A stretch of DNA of 64,000 bases, taken from a virus (taxonomy: Duplodnaviria; Caudoviricetes). The translations under genes were made by a program, and so were the position numbers. The DNA lies in the IMG/VR virus record IMGVR_UViG_3300027804_000001, positions 160,001-224,000 of that record; one strand, 5' to 3'. Under the pieces are notes generated by a model. The model worked only from the letters and a program-made list of their open reading frames with translations. It did no database searches and was not told the origin of the DNA. Shown one piece after another: positions 18,879 through 27,990 of this stretch (the stretch's first letter is position 1; every line of letters starts with the position of its first letter).

Positions 18879-21601
18879 CTTGTAAAATATATCATTTGTA
18901 AAGCATTATTTGAACCCATAAACATAAGATATGAATTGAATCCAAGTATAGTCATTCTGTTTATTAATTTCTGTCTTAAATTATCATCATAATTGAAATG
19001 TGAATGATGGTATTCCATTGATATGGTTTTAACTTTCATTAAATTTTCATCACTAATACCTGCAAGTGCATGATGTTCGGCACCTTCAATGTCAACTTTA
19101 AGAAAATCAATCCTATCTATTAAACCCGTTTCAAATAGATAATTTAATGTATATGTTCTTACATTATATGTTTTTGCATTTTCTTGTGTACCAAATAAAT
19201 TTGATCCACCTAAATGTGTACTTTCATATAATGTCATTTCACCAATTTCATTACTTGCTGCACCGTTAAATAAAATAGAACGTGGATCCGCGTTTAATGA
19301 AAGTAATTTAAAATATCTTCTATCAGGTTCAAATGAAATTACTTTACTTGCACCTTGATTATATGCCCATCTATTAAACACACCGATATTCCCACCTAAA
19401 TCCACAACAATATCTCCCTCATTAATTCTTTTTTCTCTTTCTTTATAATAATCTCTTAAGTTAAAAATTTCATGAAATATCGCGGGTGCCCATCCAAATT
19501 TTTCAGCTACTTGAATGGTGCTAGCTTCGTATTCAAATAAATTCTCAAAGTTTTCTAATTTATAAACATCCGTATAAAAACACATTGATTTATAAAATGA
19601 TTTGTCTCTTTGCATTTTAATGAATTCAATCATTCTATCTGATATCTCCGCATTTTTGTTTCCGTGAAAATAAATTATGTCAGATTTATCTTTAGGGATA
19701 TATTGATACCCGAATATTCTATTAAAATTTTGTGGACCTTCTTCATTCCAAAATTTATAAAACTGATGTAAAGTTCTGTCGATAAATCCTTCATCCCCAT
19801 CATAAGAAGATGTGTCAAAGTTTGAAAGTGGTAAATGATTGGTATAACCGTACTTCCATCTCATTGCATTATCAATACCTTCATCATTCCACAAATAAAG
19901 TCTTTTATAATCTTTGGGGTTATTTTTCATTATTGTTTCATAATGATTTATAATTTCTTCGAACCAAGATTTGGAGTTATTGTTATAAATGTAAAAACAA
20001 ACGTGTGCGTATGGATTACCTTTTTTGATTTCCCACTCATTACTTAATTGTTCATTAAATAATTGTGATTTGTTACCATTATCATACATTCCAAAAAATT
20101 CTTCTTGTACGTGAATATCAGATAATGGATAATGACCGACTTTATTAAAATATTTTCTAACAGTATCAATATTATGATTAACAACAACATCACCATCAAT
20201 CCATATAAAGTATTCAAAATCTTCTTTCAAAGATTCAGTACAAGCATGTTGTTTCCAATACCATTTATCGTGTTCAGATATTTTTGGTGGATTTATGGTT
20301 CTCTTTATAATATTCGGATAATCAAATGGAACGTCACAATCCACACCATACACAATAATTTTTTGTTCTGAAAACTCTAATAATGATTGAACTAACTTTT
20401 CAATTACCGGCATATACCCAAGATTACCCGTTGTTACAAAGGCAAATGGTTTCTTATTTCTTGTTAATATATCAGATGCACCTTTTGCAATGGTGTCCCA
20501 ATTAAAGTTTTTATGTATATCTTTTGCGTCACTAACTGATTTAACCCACATTGCGGTATTATAATCATATGACTGTCTCATCTTAAATTTTAAATCCTCC
20601 CAATCTGGCTCACAATACTCACCAGGCCATTCCTTATGTTCAATATTTGCGGGTCTTAATCCTTTAATTGCAACTGGTACACCCTTACCTTCCGCAAATT
20701 GTAATTGTCCCCCCCAATCTGAATATATTGACGGTGTTCCACACGCCATTGCCTCAATTAAAGGTAAATTCCATCCTTCACTTCTTGCGCACGATACGAA
20801 TACATGTGCGGTTTGTAAATAATTTACATATTGTTCTCTCGACGGAAAATTTAAAAACTTAATATTCTTAGTGTCAATACCATAATGTTTAACTCTTTCT
20901 TCCGTTGAATTCATACCGTCATATGGATATGGATTTTCAACAGATGCTAAAAGTTCAACATCGTCAACATCTTTAAATTCTTCCGCAAAGGCTTGTAAAA
21001 TTTCAGTAGTACCTTTTCTATAATCCCATCTACCAAAATGAACAAACCTAACCTTTTCTCTTTTTGGAAATTTTTTAATTGGTTTAAATACATCAACATC
21101 AACACCTTCGGGTACAATAAAAATTCTTTCTTTTGGATACCCTTGTTCCACCAAACAATCAAATTGCCATTGAGTAGGAACCCATACCTCATCAAAGTAA
21201 AAAAGTCTCTTAAAAAATTCATCAGGATATCTAGTTGATTCCCAAACATTATATGCAATCTTATATCCAACATAATCTTCATAGAAATAATGATTATTAG
21301 TTTCCATTAAAACTATGTGTACATCCGGAACAAAATCACCTTTGTAATCATACATCGGTTCATCTACTCTTCCATTACCATCGGATCTATGTAATGTTTG
21401 TAGAATTAACATGTCCTCCATATCTTTGGTAAAATATGATTCACCATCGTGAGGACGATTATTCATTCCCTTCCAACTATTTCCAATTGTAAGGTTTCGT
21501 ATTTTTACTGTATGGTACTTATTGAGAGCACGGAAAAATGATCTTGAATGATTCGCATATCCCGTTGTACCTATAAATGGGGCGTGTCCTAATATCTTCA
21601 T
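18875..21601 (-). CDS. Trifunctional fusion: GT4 + GT-A-like domain + FkbM methyltransferase
   Basis: RSEGWNLPLIEAMACG (GT4); IWIDGDVVV (DxD); VVDLGGNIG...FLKVDIEGAE (FkbM). Confidence 0.82.
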   Translation of the reverse strand: MKILGHAPFIGTTGYANHSRSFFRALNKYHTVKIRNLTIGNSWKGMNNRPHDGESYFTKDMEDMLILQTLHRSDGNGRVDEPMYDYKGDFVPDVHIVLMETNNHYFYEDYVGYKIAYNVWESTRYPDEFFKRLFYFDEVWVPTQWQFDCLVEQGYPKERIFIVPEGVDVDVFKPIKKFPKREKVRFVHFGRWDYRKGTTEILQAFAEEFKDVDDVELLASVENPYPYDGMNSTEERVKHYGIDTKNIKFLNFPSREQYVNYLQTAHVFVSCARSEGWNLPLIEAMACGTPSIYSDWGGQLQFAEGKGVPVAIKGLRPANIEHKEWPGEYCEPDWEDLKFKMRQSYDYNTAMWVKSVSDAKDIHKNFNWDTIAKGASDILTRNKKPFAFVTTGNLGYMPVIEKLVQSLLEFSEQKIIVYGVDCDVPFDYPNIIKRTINPPKISEHDKWYWKQHACTESLKEDFEYFIWIDGDVVVNHNIDTVRKYFNKVGHYPLSDIHVQEEFFGMYDNGNKSQLFNEQLSNEWEIKKGNPYAHVCFYIYNNNSKSWFEEIINHYETIMKNNPKDYKRLYLWNDEGIDNAMRWKYGYTNHLPLSNFDTSSYDGDEGFIDRTLHQFYKFWNEEGPQNFNRIFGYQYIPKDKSDIIYFHGNKNAEISDRMIEFIKMQRDKSFYKSMCFYTDVYKLENFENLFEYEASTIQVAEKFGWAPAIFHEIFNLRDYYKEREKRINEGDIVVDLGGNIGVFNRWAYNQGASKVISFEPDRRYFKLLSLNADPRSILFNGAASNEIGEMTLYESTHLGGSNLFGTQENAKTYNVRTYTLNYLFETGLIDRIDFLKVDIEGAEHHALAGISDENLMKVKTISMEYHHSHFNYDDNLRQKLINRMTILGFNSYLMFMGSNNALQMIYFTR

Positions 21602-21609
21602 TAAAACAT

Positions 21610-21638
21610 AATATAATGAAAAATACTATGAAAATCAA
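21610..21638 (-). promoter_or_regulatory. sigma70-like promoter, near-leaderless
   Basis: TTGATT-N17-TATATT, 8 nt before ATG 21601. Confidence 0.65.
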
Positions 21639-22207
21639 ATCAATTTCTTATCTTTTGTGAAATATTTTGAACCATATGGAAAGGGGATATCACTTTGCAA
21701 TTCGAATATATTCTTCAATTTCTCTATTCCATTTTCATAATACAAATGTTCATATGAAATGGTTGGCAAATCGTTTTGATTTGCAAAATCAATGAGGGTC
21801 TTTTTATTAAATTCTACCTCCTCTTTGAATTTATCATAATCTTCCTTAACAAACACTCTGTCCACATCTTTTTGTGTATAGTTATGATGATATCGATTCT
21901 CTTTACTTGAATACATGTGTGAGATGGTTTGTTCGTGTGTGTTTTCCCTATAAAGACAAAGAATCTTTGTACTTAATTTTAAAATCATACTGTAATTTTG
22001 TTCGGGATACCATAACTCTTTAATGAAATATTTTTTGTTTTCTAACCAGTCAAAGTCCTGTAAGGTTGTATCATTTGTGTAAATGTTAAAATCTGAATTA
22101 AATGGTTCATGAATTACAATGAATTCATTATTAAGTGATTGTTTTATCCAGTTCATTAGATTTTGACCACCAGTTCTATATTGTGCTATAATGGTATATA
22201 ATGTCAT
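21635..22207 (-). CDS. Sulfotransferase-like protein (Stf0-like)
   Basis: IIAQYRTGGQNL PAPS-loop, HEPFN, LYREN, ISYE. Confidence 0.6.
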   Translation of the reverse strand: MTLYTIIAQYRTGGQNLMNWIKQSLNNEFIVIHEPFNSDFNIYTNDTTLQDFDWLENKKYFIKELWYPEQNYSMILKLSTKILCLYRENTHEQTISHMYSSKENRYHHNYTQKDVDRVFVKEDYDKFKEEVEFNKKTLIDFANQNDLPTISYEHLYYENGIEKLKNIFELQSDIPFPYGSKYFTKDKKLI

Positions 22208-23274
22208 TATATCATAGTTTTTTTCATATCTAAAAACTCGTGTAGATTATGAAACACAAATGGGTCCTTGGCAACTTTATTAAATTCAATAAGAAAATCA
22301 TTATGATTAGGATGATTAACATCCCATACTTTTAAAAACTCAAATTGTTCATGTGTAAAAGTGCCCCAATTATTTATCTTACCATAAAAAACTTTTGTTT
22401 TCATACCAAAGATACTTTTCATTTGTTCTAAAAAAATACCCATTTCTTTATAGTTAGATTGTTGAACCACAAATGATGTTTTAACTTTTTTCATTTTAGG
22501 TATTGTGGCAATAAATTTAAGATTGGAAATTAAATTTTCCCATTCCCCATTTAATCTAGTTACATTCTCATATGTTTCTTTTGTACCCGCATCTATACTG
22601 ATTTCACATGTTAACACATAAGGATGAATATTTATCATTGATTCCCACATTTCTTTATTCCATAAACTTGCATTAGTATGTAGGTGTATATTTTTAAGTT
22701 TTGGGTACTTCTTAGGATTAAAGTTTCTAAGATAGTTTCTGTATGATACCGATGCAAATGGATCCGCGGTACCCGAACAATAAATTGTTTCTATTGAATT
22801 TGAGAAGGCTTCCTCCATTTCTTCGATTGTGGAATTAATTCTATTAATACCTTCCGAATTTGCAACAATCATTTTAACTCTACAAGATGGACATTTATAA
22901 TTACAAGTTCTATCAAAAGACATTTGTAATATTGTGGGACCATGTTCCATATGTGATTCCTTTTTTTCATAATGTTCTTTAATATAATCAGGTAAATTTT
23001 CAATTTTTTGTATGGGACCTGATGAGTCCATGTTGTAATTTAATAATTGAGCCAAAAATGGACATTGGGTTTTATCACAAAATCTATAGGAACCATCCAT
23101 CACCGATTCTCTAATTTCTATTGCCTCTTTACTATTCCATAAGTCTTTCAATGGAATTTTGTTTGGTAATTCCTTAGTCAACCAACTTGCACAACACATA
23201 AAATTTTTATTTTCATGTATTTCAACTGCTTGAAATGGAACAGTACAAACGTAATTCTTTAAATCAATATCCAT
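22207..23274 (-). CDS. Radical SAM protein with N-terminal SPASM/twitch-like Cys domain
   Basis: CNYKCPSC (CxxxCxxC), GTADPF, SIDAG; N-terminal CTVPF...MCC...C. Confidence 0.88.
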   Translation of the reverse strand: MDIDLKNYVCTVPFQAVEIHENKNFMCCASWLTKELPNKIPLKDLWNSKEAIEIRESVMDGSYRFCDKTQCPFLAQLLNYNMDSSGPIQKIENLPDYIKEHYEKKESHMEHGPTILQMSFDRTCNYKCPSCRVKMIVANSEGINRINSTIEEMEEAFSNSIETIYCSGTADPFASVSYRNYLRNFNPKKYPKLKNIHLHTNASLWNKEMWESMINIHPYVLTCEISIDAGTKETYENVTRLNGEWENLISNLKFIATIPKMKKVKTSFVVQQSNYKEMGIFLEQMKSIFGMKTKVFYGKINNWGTFTHEQFEFLKVWDVNHPNHNDFLIEFNKVAKDPFVFHNLHEFLDMKKTMI

Positions 23275-23277
23275 ATT

Positions 23278-23766
23278 TTATAATATAGTTCTTTTTTTAT
23301 TTAATCTCAATCTATTTTCTCCTTTGGGATTAAACAAATCTTCATAATATGTTATAGATATTCCTGTAATATTAGACAATTCTCTTAATTGTATGTCCCA
23401 ATTGATAATATCATTTTTACATTCTTCAAAAACGTTTATTGGGACTTCTTCATATACATATGGATTATTTGAATTGTATTTTTTTGTTTTAGAATAAAAA
23501 GTTTGATATGAGTGTGACTCTATACATTCCCCAATATTTTTTCTTGTTAAAAGAATTACCTCATCAAAATTTTTTAATAATTCTAAATTGTTTGGGTGGT
23601 GGGATACTATTGTTTTTACTACAATATTATCTTCGTCCTTTTTATATTGGATTCTATTTGTACCATCAAAGGGTTCAAACAAAGGTTTTAGATTTTTTTC
23701 CTTCGAAATTTTTTTTAGTAATGACGTAGATCCCGTTCTTGGTAAAGAAATTATGAGGATTCTCAT
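23278..23766 (-). CDS. Sulfotransferase-like protein (short)
   Basis: IISLPRTGSTSL, FEPF, LLTRKN, YYEDL. Confidence 0.65.
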   Translation of the reverse strand: MRILIISLPRTGSTSLLKKISKEKNLKPLFEPFDGTNRIQYKKDEDNIVVKTIVSHHPNNLELLKNFDEVILLTRKNIGECIESHSYQTFYSKTKKYNSNNPYVYEEVPINVFEECKNDIINWDIQLRELSNITGISITYYEDLFNPKGENRLRLNKKRTIL

Positions 23767-24317
23767 AATAATTTTTTCGTTTTATCTATTTTATAATATA
23801 CAAAGTTAGTATCATTCATCCATATGTTTAAAGCACATCTTAATCCAAAATTAACAGGCATAACACCATGATAAGTTTTGTTACCTTCGAAAGTTATACC
23901 CTCACCAATATTTAAATGTTGAATAACTTCTGAATCCTTTAGATTCACAAATTTGGGGGACAAACAAAAATCCCCATCCTCATAACCATCAGTCAACGAA
24001 ATAACAGTAGTATAGTTCGATGTTGAGTCTAAATGTAAATCCAAAAACCTACCCTCATAGTATCTTGTTAAACTAACATTTATGTTTGTTAAATTAAAAG
24101 AATTAAAATCAAACCAAAAGGAAATTGAACCCTGTTTATATAAACTATTTATATTATTTAATATCTTTTTTTTGAAGTCCTCATCATAAATCCTTCTACA
24201 ATCCCATGTTGTTTGTTCAAAATCATAATATGAAAAAGTTTCACCTTTTTCCATTGCAAAATCTATTATTGATTTACATTCTTCACGAGTAAAAAATTTA
24301 TTTATGGAATAATTCAT
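23763..24317 (-). CDS. 2OG-Fe(II) oxygenase (prolyl-4-hydroxylase-like)
   Basis: HLD, YEDGDF, YHGV, R-x-A-L-N. Confidence 0.85.
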   Translation of the reverse strand: MNYSINKFFTREECKSIIDFAMEKGETFSYYDFEQTTWDCRRIYDEDFKKKILNNINSLYKQGSISFWFDFNSFNLTNINVSLTRYYEGRFLDLHLDSTSNYTTVISLTDGYEDGDFCLSPKFVNLKDSEVIQHLNIGEGITFEGNKTYHGVMPVNFGLRCALNIWMNDTNFVYYKIDKTKKLL

Positions 24318-25135
24318 AATAATAATGAATAAGGTTCTTTTAAATTATAACCCAATAAATTGTTTTTTTGAATAAAATCGTAAATTTCTTCTGCAATTAA
24401 TTTATAACCATTTTTATTAGGATGTTTACCTAATTGAGATTCTGTAAAATGTGAGTTATCTTCCCATACATTTTTTCTGTTCGTTTCAATTAATAAATCT
24501 CTAAATGTTCTATTCTCAAATCCCCAATAATGTTTTCTATTTATTAGATTTGTTTTATCTATTTCTTGATTGATTGGATTTTTTATTAATGAATCAAAAG
24601 CATCACAAAACATATACCTTATTCCCATCTCATTGAACATATGTTGTAGGTAAAAAATATAATTTTGATTTATAATATTGTAATATGTGTCACAATAAAG
24701 ATTTGTTAGGTAGAATTCTTTGTAACTTAAACTCGCCCTATCAAATATTACGTTATTTTCTATTGTTTTATTAAAAATTGGTGTATAAATGTGTTTCTTA
24801 CTTTTATATCTTTCTCCCCAAAAATGCCACTCCCCCTTTGGGAAAAATGGAACATCATCCCTTAAAAAGGATGTCCACATTATTACAATAAAATCTCCTC
24901 GATTTATTTGATTGGATTTTAAACAATGTGAAACGGTCTCAAATATAATGTTATTTGATGCTCCTCCAATACCATTGTTAATGAATTCAACATTTAAAAT
25001 TTCTGAAAGATATCTTGGCCAACAAAACTCTTGTCTTATTTTAGTTCTTTCTTCTGGTGTATCATATTCGAGTTCTTTATTTGAATCCCCGCCAACACCT
25101 TCAGTCCAACTATCTCCAAATGTAAATAATCTCAT
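24314..25135 (-). CDS. SGNH-hydrolase-like protein
   Basis: TFGDSWTEG, GGASN, KHPNKNGY. Confidence 0.65.
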   Translation of the reverse strand: MRLFTFGDSWTEGVGGDSNKELEYDTPEERTKIRQEFCWPRYLSEILNVEFINNGIGGASNNIIFETVSHCLKSNQINRGDFIVIMWTSFLRDDVPFFPKGEWHFWGERYKSKKHIYTPIFNKTIENNVIFDRASLSYKEFYLTNLYCDTYYNIINQNYIFYLQHMFNEMGIRYMFCDAFDSLIKNPINQEIDKTNLINRKHYWGFENRTFRDLLIETNRKNVWEDNSHFTESQLGKHPNKNGYKLIAEEIYDFIQKNNLLGYNLKEPYSLLL

Positions 25136-25141
25136 TATGCA

Positions 25142-25279
25142 TTATTGCAAGTGTTTTGCTTTTATTGCATTAATTACCGATTGTACCGCAGTTGATATTT
25201 TTGTTTTAACACCATTTGAAATTGGTGCAATTGTTGGTTTTATAACTTGAGCGGGTCTTTCTGTTCTGATTGTTGACAT
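25142..25279 (-). CDS. Small hypothetical protein (45 aa), not in ORF track
   Basis: Translated by hand: MSTIRTERPAQVIKPTIAPISNGVKTKISTAVQSVINAIKAKHLQ; fills the gap, same strand as neighbours. Confidence 0.65.
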   Translation of the reverse strand: MSTIRTERPAQVIKPTIAPISNGVKTKISTAVQSVINAIKAKHLQ

Positions 25280-25306
25280 AACTTAAATATTTTTATAATT
25301 TTGATT

Positions 25307-26800
25307 TTATAATTTTGGTGGTAAACCTTGGTTACAACCCGAACAGCTGCTATCATAACAATAGTATCCACATGAATACCATGGACACCAACAACTATTA
25401 TGCATTACACTAAAAATACCATCACCTAAATCAACAAGAAATAAATCCGATGGCTCAAAGTCTAATCCATAAATCATCATACTTGAATGTTCCATTTCTA
25501 AATTGGTTATTTCAATAGTGGTTAACTCTTGTGTATTAGAGTCTGTTACTACTAATTTATCACCAATGTACATGTTATTTAATTTTTCAAATCTTGTCGA
25601 TAGTGATCCTGATTCTTCAATATAATACACACATGATGGAGAATCAACCCAAGTTTTACCATCTGAAGTAGTAATCCTAATAAAAATAGTATCAATTGAT
25701 GATGAAACAATCCCTTCTAATGAGGATGACATTTGTGTTAACGTTTCGTTACTTTGTGCTAAACTACCACTCCATCCCAACACGTCTAACTTACCTTGCT
25801 CAAAATAAGCAGCATGATTATCATTATAATCGATAAAGTCAATTGTTCTAATTAAACTTCCTAATTGTATGTTTGAAACATTTACTAATGACCCCGTATA
25901 ATCAATGATATTTGAATCAATATCAGTGTGGTAACTGTCCATTTTTTGGTTTATACCAACCTCTTTTGTGATATATTTTTGTCTAGTTTTTTGTGTTAAT
26001 TTTGTTGTATCATTTACAAATTCATTAAGACCAAAATTTAAAGGTACGACGGTTGATTGTCTGTATCCACCCAAATTTATAACGTCTAAATTACTACCAT
26101 AAACAATATCAATACTTCTAATTATTGAATATTTTCCATCCACCAAATTGTCTGTTGAAAATAAAAACTCCTGTAATAGGTAATTTTCAGATAAATTACC
26201 CTTCAACGAAGTTAATTGGGTTGCATCGTTTAATATATGTAATTCAGGGTATAGTGCTGTGTCATAATTAGGTATACGAGCTTTAATAACTATATTCGGG
26301 TTACTGAGATTTGAAAAGTCAACAGAATCTAAAGTGTCCATACCTAAATTATTTGAAACAAAGTAGGTCTTTGGAACGTAGGTACTACCACTCATTAAAT
26401 TAAAAAATCCAAATTTATCGGCACAGTATGAATCATCAATTAAGGCCGTTGTGTCAAAAGATTGTCTTAATATAAACTTATTAGGTGCGTCTTCAATATA
26501 AGGTACCGTTATAGAATTAGTTGGTACGGTATATTCAGAAAATTGTATGTTATTTTCTGAACATTTTTGTTGTAATTTTTGTTTAAAAACATAGGGTGAG
26601 TTTGAGGGAGAGTGTGAGTCATTCTCGGTGAAAATAAAATGAAATTCACTTATATTATTGTCCACTAACATCCCAAATAACGAATCGTAATCTAATAACT
26701 CTGCACCACTATTGTATATGGTTGTATTGGTATTTGTTTCTAATATTTTTACATCATCATTGTGTTCTAACAAATCAGTACCAAGAATAATTCCTTTCAT
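25307..26800 (-). CDS. Permuted ATP-grasp-like domain + Hint domain + Cys-rich C-terminal peptide
   Basis: GTDL...ILETNT, ADK...VPKT, VIKAR, LLQEF (ATP-grasp); IIDYTGSLVNVSNIQLGSLIRTID, MYIGDKL, IYGLDFEPSDLFLV...VMHN/S (Hint). Confidence 0.72.
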   Translation of the reverse strand: MKGIILGTDLLEHNDDVKILETNTNTTIYNSGAELLDYDSLFGMLVDNNISEFHFIFTENDSHSPSNSPYVFKQKLQQKCSENNIQFSEYTVPTNSITVPYIEDAPNKFILRQSFDTTALIDDSYCADKFGFFNLMSGSTYVPKTYFVSNNLGMDTLDSVDFSNLSNPNIVIKARIPNYDTALYPELHILNDATQLTSLKGNLSENYLLQEFLFSTDNLVDGKYSIIRSIDIVYGSNLDVINLGGYRQSTVVPLNFGLNEFVNDTTKLTQKTRQKYITKEVGINQKMDSYHTDIDSNIIDYTGSLVNVSNIQLGSLIRTIDFIDYNDNHAAYFEQGKLDVLGWSGSLAQSNETLTQMSSSLEGIVSSSIDTIFIRITTSDGKTWVDSPSCVYYIEESGSLSTRFEKLNNMYIGDKLVVTDSNTQELTTIEITNLEMEHSSMMIYGLDFEPSDLFLVDLGDGIFSVMHNSCWCPWYSCGYYCYDSSCSGCNQGLPPKL

Positions 26801-26827
26801 TTTTTTGTGTTAAGTTTTATATTAATA

Positions 26828-26856
26828 AATATACAATTTATTAAAAAGATAATCAA
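26828..26856 (-). promoter_or_regulatory. sigma70-like promoter for the ATP-grasp/Hint gene
   Basis: TTGATT-N17-TATATT, 27 nt upstream of ATG 26800; -35 flanked by AAGATAA/TTATCTT inverted repeat. Confidence 0.65.
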
Positions 26857-26896
26857 TGTTTATCTTAAAATAATATATATACGTATATACGTATGT

Positions 26897-27202
26897 TTAA
26901 ATTATTGTTTTATTATTTTTTTCAATTTGGGGTTCTAAAAGACCGTTGTCAGAATCGCCCCATTTTTTAAGTGGACAGGAATTGTAAATGTTAGAAAATA
27001 TTTTTTTATTTAATGGACACCCACATCTTAAACAAATTTCTGACCACCTATTATTTTTAATTAATGGTTTCTTATACTCACATGTTGAACAAATTGAATA
27101 CCTTTTTTCTGCTAGTTCTTTTTGTTCCTTAGTAGGATTTTTGGCACTTAACCAAGAGTTAAAGATTTCCTTATAGTTATATTCTATTCCGTTAATTTTC
27201 AT
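26897..27202 (-). CDS. Small Cys-rich (probable metal-binding) protein
   Basis: CSTC, CLRCGC, SCPLKKW (DUF6171-like pattern). Confidence 0.6.
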   Translation of the reverse strand: MKINGIEYNYKEIFNSWLSAKNPTKEQKELAEKRYSICSTCEYKKPLIKNNRWSEICLRCGCPLNKKIFSNIYNSCPLKKWGDSDNGLLEPQIEKNNKTII

Positions 27203-27990
27203 AATAAAGTCTTTGTTTCTTTAACAATATCGTAATAATCATAAATACCATCATAGGTATTTTTAAACTCTTCATTTAATTTTATGAAACAGTCCACATT
27301 TTTACTAGAATTGGTTTTTTCCAATTTAAAAGGTTTATTTATTTTAATACTAACCCATTTTTCTAATTCTTTTATATTGTCAAAATCAAACCAAATTATA
27401 TCTTTATTATGATGATGATAATTCGAGGTCGGCGTTAATAATATTTCAAAAATATTAAGAATATAGGAATCTATTTTTTTTTCTTTATCAAAAATAGATT
27501 CACCCACATCTATTCTCGTATCATTTAGTTGAACTCTTTTTTTTATAAAATTGTTTTTAATTAAAAAATCGTTTATCACATTTACTCTGCTTTCCTTACT
27601 CATTAAATCGTCGGTTGAGAAAAAAAATAATTCTTTTATATCGATATTTTTTAAATGTTCACTTACATAATGTGCTCCAATTCTTTGGGTATCGAAAATA
27701 ATTTGTTTAAATAATGAAAAAAACCTATCGTATTTATTTCTTTTTACACATAAAATTGGATAATTGTCCCCAAATTTTTTTTGTAAATCAAATAAACTTT
27801 CGTGTCCATGTTTTATTAAATCCATTAAGTTACTCTTTTCTATATTTTTTAAATCAATTTTATTATTGTTTTCATTTATAGAATTAGTTACAAATTTAAC
27901 ATTTAAATTATTTAATATACATGAATAATGAAAAGATGTGGATGCACATCTAGGTATTGATATATAAAAAAATTTATTGTCTACTAACAT
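27199..27990 (-). CDS. Sulfotransferase family 2-like protein
   Basis: FFYISIPRCASTS, KHGH, VKRNKYDRFFS, KTNSS. Confidence 0.65.
   Translation of the reverse strand: MLVDNKFFYISIPRCASTSFHYSCILNNLNVKFVTNSINENNNKIDLKNIEKSNLMDLIKHGHESLFDLQKKFGDNYPILCVKRNKYDRFFSLFKQIIFDTQRIGAHYVSEHLKNIDIKELFFFSTDDLMSKESRVNVINDFLIKNNFIKKRVQLNDTRIDVGESIFDKEKKIDSYILNIFEILLTPTSNYHHHNKDIIWFDFDNIKELEKWVSIKINKPFKLEKTNSSKNVDCFIKLNEEFKNTYDGIYDYYDIVKETKTLL

Noticed and set aside
25397-25936. A canonical splicing intein
   Set aside because: No aligned N-terminal Cys/Ser nucleophile, TxxH replaced by SPSC, no homing endonuclease, and the C-extein is only 29 aa; kept as a non-splicing Hint domain.
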